Part shown: positions 56,636 through 64,000 of the stretch, piece after piece | Numbering within the stretch: the stretch's first letter is position 1 | Layout: every line of letters starts with the position of its first letter | Assembly (NCBI GenBank): GCA_964016885.1 | Contig: OZ024742.1 | Coordinates: 231,198,001-231,262,000, forward strand | Direction of reading: 5' to 3' | Length of the DNA stretch: 64,000 bases | From: Eledone cirrhosa | Taxonomy: Eukaryota | Notes under the pieces: model-generated | Seen by the model: the letters and a program-made list of their open reading frames with translations, nothing else | The model's database searches: none | Told to the model about the DNA's origin: nothing | Program-made: the position numbers and the translations under genes

Positions 56636-57178
56636 ATGTATTTGTGTCTGTCTGTCTGTATGTCTGTCTCTGTGTGTATGTGTGTGTATGTGTGTGTGTG
56701 TCTGTCTATCTGTCTGTCTGTGTGTGTGTCTGTCTTCTGTCTCTGTGTGTGTGTGTCTGCCTGTGTGTGTGTGTGCCTGTCTGTGTGTCTGTCTGTCTGT
56801 GTGTCTATCTGTGTGTGTGTGTGTGTATTGCAACATTTCAGTTACATCAGAAACAAAATCAATTATTGTAATCGATATGCTATAAGCTACCATTAAACCT
56901 ACCATTTATTATGCCTGCCACTTATTACTATTCTCTTGAACAAATTTTCTTTGAAATGTCGGAAGAAAATCAAATTATCGAAATCGATGAATATGTATTA
57001 TCAATATATATTCATCGAATCATTATCTTCGTCTAATCTGTTTTGTTTGTTTGTTTGTTTATTCTTATTGATTTTTTTTTTATATATTTCTAAAAGTAGT
57101 TTTAGAATCATAAGACTTTAAATCATTGTTAGATTTTAGATAGAAAGATGATAGATAGATAGATAGATAGATAGATAA

Positions 57179-60100
57179 TTTTCTTTTTATTTGCCACCAG
57201 GGCATCAAAAAGTGGGACAAGTACAATGGGGGGAGTTTACATAACAAGGCGTCCTCAATAAGGAGGAGGCAATAACAAAATATAAAAATAAAATACAACA
57301 TAACAAAATAAATTTTATAACAAAATCCTCAATAGGGAGGAGGCGCCTTGGGGGTCGCACACACCCCCGAAAAAAAGTGTGCAACCCTTCTCCTCAGGAG
57401 CACAGAGAGGGGGTGCTCCCTTGAACTTTCATCTTCCTCACCTAAAGTCTGATGTAGAGTGAAGGCCCATTCACACGGGCCATTCTCGCCACTTTCACCC
57501 ATCTTTCATAAAAACGGCTGGGGTGCAGCACCTCTCTCTCCATCCTGATCCTTCTTCCGAAATGATATCGGAAGAAACGGACCATTTGTTGGCCAGAGAG
57601 AAAGGTGTCTGACCTCAGTCCTTTCAGACGTGTTCACCATACAACCTCTTTCGCCATGGCTATTACGCACAGAAACACCGCCTCTCCTTCGTTTTTGAAG
57701 AGGGAAGGCGGCTTGATCGTTACAATAGACTCTGTGGTCAACCGGATCGGTCCCACCCTTGACAGCAGTTGTTCGACATAGCCCCACAGATCGGCAATGC
57801 CCGGGCAGTGTACCAATGCGTGTGCAACGGTTTCCTCGTCGCACACGCATCTGGGACAGATCTTTTTCGAGGGGTCCCTACCCGGGCGCCCGTGTCTGTA
57901 GAGCCTTTCTCGAACGGGCAGAGCCCCTCGGTAGCACTGCCAGGCCAGGGACCTCTGGAAGTTATCCATGGGTCCCGGGCTGAATGTCCTACCGAACAGG
58001 TTGTCCAGTTCGTCTTCCTCCATGCCTAGGGCTTCTCCGAGGGCGTCGTCGCACCTGCTAACCACCAGCCCTCTATAGAATGACGAGGTGGATTCTCCGC
58101 TGACAGCCGGGTCCGCCTGCCAGAGAGCCGTGAGCGCCTGGGCACACTCGGTGTGCCAGGCGCCCAGTTTTCTCGGTCTTTGCTTGACCCAGGATTGCAG
58201 CTCGGTGAGCGAGACGAGTCTGGGAAAGGCTCGCCTCACAAACGGGGCCCACACCGGTTGACCGGTGAGGAATACGTAGAGGTGCCGTAGCCTTAATGCG
58301 TGTTTACGTATCATTAGCCACGGCATCCCCAGCGCTCCTTTCGAAGGGTGTTGACAGCAGATGGATCTCCTCACCAAAGGAGCTCGCTTCTTCCAAAGGA
58401 ATTGGAAGAGTGCGCGCTCCATTTTGGCGAGCGTTTCCCTTGAGCAAGGCACTACGGTCAGGCGGTAGTAGATGACGGACGCTATATAAGTGTTCGCCAC
58501 CTCCGCCTGACCTTTCAGGGACAGTTTGCACTCGGTCCACTTCTGGGTCAGTGCAAACACCCTGTTCGTTACCTCACCCCAGTTCTTCTCCACCTGGAGG
58601 TCTGGTCCGAACCAGACCCCGAGCAACTTCACCGGGCCCTCCGTCCAGCGCCCGACGACGCCATCGGAGGGCATCGATCTGACTCTCCACGTGCCGAGTT
58701 GCAGACCGACTGACTTGTCCCGGTTCAGCTTAGCCCCTGTAAACCTTTCGTACTCCTCCAGTAAGGTGCCGATCGCCCCGATTTCCGAGGCCGTCGAGAC
58801 CATTACTGTTACGTCGTCGGCATAGGCCGACACCGCTTTCCGCAATCCCGGTTCCAACGGAATCCCCTGCAACAACTCCAACTTCCGCAGCAGTGGCTCT
58901 AGAGTCATTACATACAGAAGGGAGGAGAGAGGGCGCCCTTGTCGGATGGACGGCGCGATTTCGAACCGCTCCGAGAGGTAGCCGTTCACCTTGACCCTAG
59001 AGCAGATGCGGCTGCTGTGCATGGCATTGATCAAGCCCCTGAAAACGGGTCCGAAGCCTGCCGCCGCTAACACCGCATCCAGGTAACCATGGTCGACCCT
59101 ATCGAACGCCTTAGATTGATCCAAGTTGATCAGGGCCCCACCAAAGCCGAGTACGTTCCCAACCCTCTCTATGATGTATCGCATGAGGTGGAGGTTGTCG
59201 TAGATGGACCTGGACGGGATAGCACATGTCTGCGTATCTCCCACCAGGTTGCCCACGACGATCGCCAACCTCTTTTCTAGCACCTTGGCTAAAATCTGTA
59301 ACTCTGTATTTAGCAGATTTATGGGCCTGAAATTATTTATATCGTCCCCCTTGTTCTCGTCCTTCCTCACTAGCGTGACTACGCCCTTGGTCACAGCACA
59401 GGGAATTCTCCCGTTCTGTTGCCAGTTGCAGTAGACCGCCTTGAGGAGATCGGGGAACAAGTCCGGCATAGCTAGATATAGTTCGTATGGAGACCATCGA
59501 AACCCGGGGATTTGCGTTTGCCGCATTGGCTCAGCACGTCCTCTATCTCAGCGGCTGAAATCGGCTCCTCGCAGGACTTCGCCTCCCTGTCCGAGAGACG
59601 CGGCAGGCCGTCGAGGTATGGACCGAAGTCCACATCCCCAACTGGTTCCCCGCCCTTCCGAACAATCCGGCAAAGTGCTTTTGAAAAGCCTCACACATCT
59701 GCTTAGGTTCAAGGATCACCCGTCCATCCTGGTCTCGCAAAGACCGGATAGTGGATCTGCTCCCTCTTTTGGCTTCTGTCACGCGGGCCCAGCTAACAGC
59801 TTTGGTCCCCTCGTTTCCCAGAGCACGTATTTTGCTTCGCAAGATGCAGCCTTCGTGTTTCGCGTCGAAGAACTGGCCCAGGGCCGTTCTCGACGCTAGC
59901 ACTCTGGCCACGTCGCCGCTTCTAATTGCCTCTTCTACACTATCTACCAGCTCCCTTTCCTTCCTATTTCTATTTGAGGCTAACTCCTTACTAAATTCTA
60001 TAGAGACTACTCTAATCTCTCTTTTGAGAGATCCCCACCACCTGCTGTTGATGATGGCGCCCGTCAACCGCTCCTTAACTAAAGTGCTAATCCGGTCCCT

Positions 60101-61258
60101 GTAAGCCTTACTTGCCGGTAAGGACAAGTTGAGCTTCCAGTAACCGGGTCCCTGTCTATGCGTTCTGTCAAGGTTGACCATGCAGCTCACTAACTTGTGG
60201 TCTGAATAGCCAACCATGCTCACTTTTTGACAACTTAAAAAGTCCTTATCCTTATTTCTAACTAAGAACCTATCTAGGTACGACCTAGATGATCTGCTGC
60301 GATTTGCCCAAGTCCAGGTTGGCGCAGTCGGAAAATCTAGTCGCTATCTATCGGCCAGGTCAAATCGACCGATTAACCCTTTGAGGCTATTACACCCCTC
60401 TCTATCGGGACAGGCCCCTACGTAGTCCCAACGTGCATCTAGGATACCATTCCAGTCCCCCACTAATAGCAAGGAGCAGGACGTCCCTAGAAAAGTCTCC
60501 AGACGATGGAAGAAGTCCGGCCGCATTGACCCGAAAGGGCCGTAGGCGGCTACCAACCTAAACACTCCGCCTTCACCACTGCCAAGGTCCAGAACCACTA
60601 GTCGACCCTCCAGGTCCAAATGTACCGTCTGTGTTGCGAGACCCAGATGTTTTTGCAGCAGAACGACAACCCCACCCCCACCTCCGGGCTGACAGAGAGA
60701 TGCGTGCATCTCAAAGTCATCAAAGGTGGGGGCCAGCTGTCGCACGTTGCTGATCCGGGCTTCGCAAATAACCATCACATCTATACGTTGTGACCTGAGG
60801 TCATTTAGAAGCATTGCTTGCTTCCAAGTTGAGCCCAGGCCACGCGTATTTAAACAGCTTACTCTTAGCATAGCCATGTTGGTGGTGAAGAGAAAAGGCA
60901 CTTACCTCTCTGCGTCCAGGGTATCGGGCTGCACAATTTCCATGAGGATGGGGGATGGGTTGTTGGTATGGGGTGGTGGTTTCTGGCGGGGTGGGGGCGG
61001 AGGTGTTTGGTGGGGAAGGGGTGTCTGGTGGGGTGGGGATGACTTGGGTGGGGGTGCCTGTGGTGGGGAGGCCTTTGTAGAGGACGCGGTTGATTGGTTT
61101 CACGCGGGAATTCCGCACGTCCTCTACAAATGTTTCTTTTAGGGATCTATAAGTTCCTATAGGGACCCTGATCAGTTTTAGGTACATTTTTTTGTTTTGG
61201 TTGGAGCTATCCAAAGTTTTCCCTTCGGTTTTGACCAAAGGGTTGTTTCTGATGGTCT
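57179..61258 (-). mobile_element. Tx1-clade (L1-related) LINE, copy 1: ORF1 tail, complete but disrupted ORF2, 3' UTR; 3' end abuts (GATA)n
   Basis: APE (LNTRGL, GDWN, SDH), RT (FRPINLLN, DQSKAFDRVDH, RQG, YADD), zf-RVT (CPRC...HALVHC); GATA tract 57138-57177. Confidence 0.93.
57400..60877 (-). pseudogene. Tx1 ORF2 (APE-RT-zinc finger) split by stops and frameshifts
   Basis: ORF-track pieces 60344-60901, 59543-60223 and 57634-59526; likely ATG at 60877; 3' limit approximate. Confidence 0.85.
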
Positions 61259-61269
61259 CATAGATAGAT

Positions 61270-62438
61270 TTCTTTATTTGCCATAAGGGCGCACAAGAAA
61301 AGGGGACAATACATGCAATCGTGTAAAAAAAATATAAAACAAACAATTATAACAATCGAAATCCCCAATAGGGGGGAAACGCCACAAATGGGTTGTTTAA
61401 TACCCCGTCGATACAACAACCCTCGACTTCAGGAGCGTGTTGTGCAAGTGCTCCTTTCTTCCTTTTGCTCTCTTCTTTAACCTACAAGCTTATAAACAGA
61501 GAAGACCCAATCGCTCGGGCCATTTTCGCTTCATTCGCCCACCTTTCAGTAAATTTACTGGGGTGCAGTGCCTCTCTCCACTCTGACTCTCCTTCTAAAG
61601 TGATACTTAAAGAAGGGAATCAATTGTTGTCCAGAGAGAAAGGCATCTGTCCTCAGTCCTCTCAATCTCGTCCACCATATAACCTCTTTCACCATATCCA
61701 CTGTACAGAGGAAAACCGCCTCTCTTTCGTTTTTGAAAGAGGCTGGCGGTTTGATCCTTACTATGGACTCGGCAGTCAACTGGATTTGTCCCATACGCGA
61801 CAGCAGTTGTTCTGCATAGTTTCACAGGTCGCTTACGCCCGAGCAGTGTACAGTTGCATGCACGACGGTTTCAATATCCTGCTCGCATCTTCGACACGTC
61901 CACTTGGAAGGATCCCTGACGGGGCGTCCGTGCCTGTAGATCTTATCTCGAACGGGTAGAGCTCCTCGGTAGCATTGCCAGGCCAGGGACCTCTGGAAGT
62001 TGTCCATAGGTCCCGGAGGAAAAGTCCTACCGAACAGACTGCTGAGCTCGTCGTCTTCGACGCCTAAAGTCTCCCCGAGCACGTCGTCGCGCTTGTAAAG
62101 TACTAACAGTCTATAGAATGTCGAAGTGGAGTCTCCACTGATTGCTGTGCCCGCTTGACAGAGGACTGTGAGCGCCTGGACACATTCAATGTGCCAGGCG
62201 CCCATTTTCTTCGGTCTTCGCTTGACCCAGGACTGCAGTTCCGTCAGCGAGACAAGTTGTGGGAAGGCCCGTCTCACAAACGGTGCCCACACCGGTTGGT
62301 CGGTGAGGAATACCTGAAGATGCCGTAGCCTCAGCACATGTTTGCGCATCATTAGCCACGCACGGCATGCCAAGCCCTCCGTTGGAAGGGTGTTGACAGC
62401 AGACGGATCTCCTCACCAGTGGAGCCTGCTTCTTCCAC
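61270..62438 (-). mobile_element. Tx1 copy 2, 5'-truncated
   Basis: Homologous to the 3' part of copy 1; atagatagat at 61260-61269. Confidence 0.92.

Positions 62439-62517
<79 letters not shown>
62439..62517. repeat. (GATA)n tract between Tx1 copies
   Basis: Direct observation. Confidence 0.97.
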
Positions 62518-62518
62518 T

Positions 62519-64000
62519 GTTTCTTTATTAGCCACAGGGGCACAAAAGAAGGGGACAAATACAAAGTGGGGAGTTTACATACAATAAAAAGGAGTAAAAT
62601 ACTATCACAAATGCAATTTAAAAATTAGTCGATTTTCCCCAATAGGGGCAGACATTACATATGGGTAACACGTACCCCCGAAAACAAATGTGCACCGGTT
62701 GGTCGGTGAGGAATACCTGGAGATGCCGTAGCCTTAGCGCATGTTTGCGCATCATTAGCCACGGCATTCCCAGCCCTCCGTTTGAAGGGTGTTGATAGCA
62801 GACGGATATCCTCACCAGTTGAGCCTGCTTCTTCCACAGGAACTAGAAGAGCATGCGTTCCATCTTGGTGAGGTATTCACGGGGACAAGGCACGACAGTC
62901 AAGCGGTAGTAGATGACGGACGCTATGAAAGTGTTCGCCACCTCCGCTCGACCTTTCAAAGACAGTTTTCACTCTGCCCACTTCTGAGTGAGTGCAAATA
63001 CCTTGGCCATGACCTCGTTCCAGTTTTTCTCCACCTGGAGGTCTGGACCGAACCAGACTCCGAGCAATTTCACTGGTCCTTCCATCCAGCGTCCGACGAT
63101 GCTGTCGGACGGTATCGGTTGCAAACCGACAGACTTGTCCGGGTTCAGTTTTGCTCCTGTGAACCTTTCGTATTCCTGTAGTAGGTTGCGGATTACCCCG
63201 ATTTCCGAGGTTTTCTACACCATTGCCGTCACGTCGTCGGCATAAGCCGACGCCGCTTTTTCGCAATTTCCGCAGTAGTGGCTCTAGAATCAATACGTAC
63301 AGAATGGAAGAGAGAGGGCATCCCTGTCGAATGGAACGTGTGATTGCGAACGGTTCCGATAGGTAGCCGTTCACCTTGACCTTCGAGCAGATGCTGGTGT
63401 GCATCGCCATGATCCAGCCTCTGAAAAAGGGACCGAAACTGGCCGCCTTGAGAACCGCTTTCAAGTATCGATGGTCGACCCTATCGAATGACTTAGACTG
63501 ATCAAAATTGATCAGAGCCCCACCGAAGCCGGGTTTACACCCCATCCTCTCTATGATGTATCGCATGAGGTGGAGGTTGTCGTGTATGGACCGGTCGGGA
63601 TTGCACACGTTTGCGCTTTCCCTACCAGGTTTTCGACGACAAGAGCCAGCCTCCTTGCTATCACCTTGGCCAAAATCTTTAACTGTGTTGAGCAGAGTTA
63701 TGGGCCTGAAATTGTTTATTTCGTCCCCCTTGTTCTCGTCTTTCCTTATCAGCGTTACTACGCCCTTGCCTGCAGAACTGGGAATTGTCCCATTCTACTG
63801 CCAATTGCAGTAGACGGCTTCGAGGACGCCAGAGAACAAGTCCGGCATGCCTATGTAAAACACATAGGGTAGACCATCTAGACCGGGTGATTTGCGTTTC
63901 CCGTAGCGGCCCAGAGCGTCCCGTATCTCAGTGGCTGTGATCGGTCTTTCGCAGAACTCGGTGTCCATGCTCGAGAGACGCGGCAGGCCCTCGAGGTATG
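62519..64000 (-). mobile_element. Tx1 copy 3, internal deletion near 62692, runs off window
   Basis: RT motifs DQSKSFDRVDH and RQGCPLS; 3' UTR joined directly to the TDQPV region. Confidence 0.92.

Noticed and set aside
57759-63872. Plus-strand ORFs over the Tx1 region
   Set aside because: Antisense frames of GC-rich LINE ORF2.

Overview
AT-rich, microsatellite-dense eukaryotic DNA. The SINE families and repeat landscape suggest an Octopus/coleoid cephalopod (inference). Almost all listed ORFs are microsatellite or antisense artefacts. The only clear host coding sequence is a terminal exon at 22951-23638 (+) encoding a short coiled-coil-like segment and a Q/H/P/S-rich tail. The rest is mobile DNA: a Penelope-like RT fragment, several RTE LINE fragments, two R4/Dong-like RLE fragments, three head-to-tail Tx1-clade elements each anchored in (GATA)n, many tRNA-derived SINEs with TSDs, and TTAA- and hAT-type MITEs. 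The main hidden signal is about 10 foldable type I hammerhead ribozymes (including a U3-A8 covariant core) plus about 10 decayed ones. They have minimal or palindromic helix III and sit in short unique islands between (TA)n/(CA)n tracts, often inside fold-back palindromes whose inner edge falls at hammerhead helix II/GAAA. This points to a diverse population of Penelope-type ribozyme-bearing mini-elements. All RNA folds were done by eye and none is tested.
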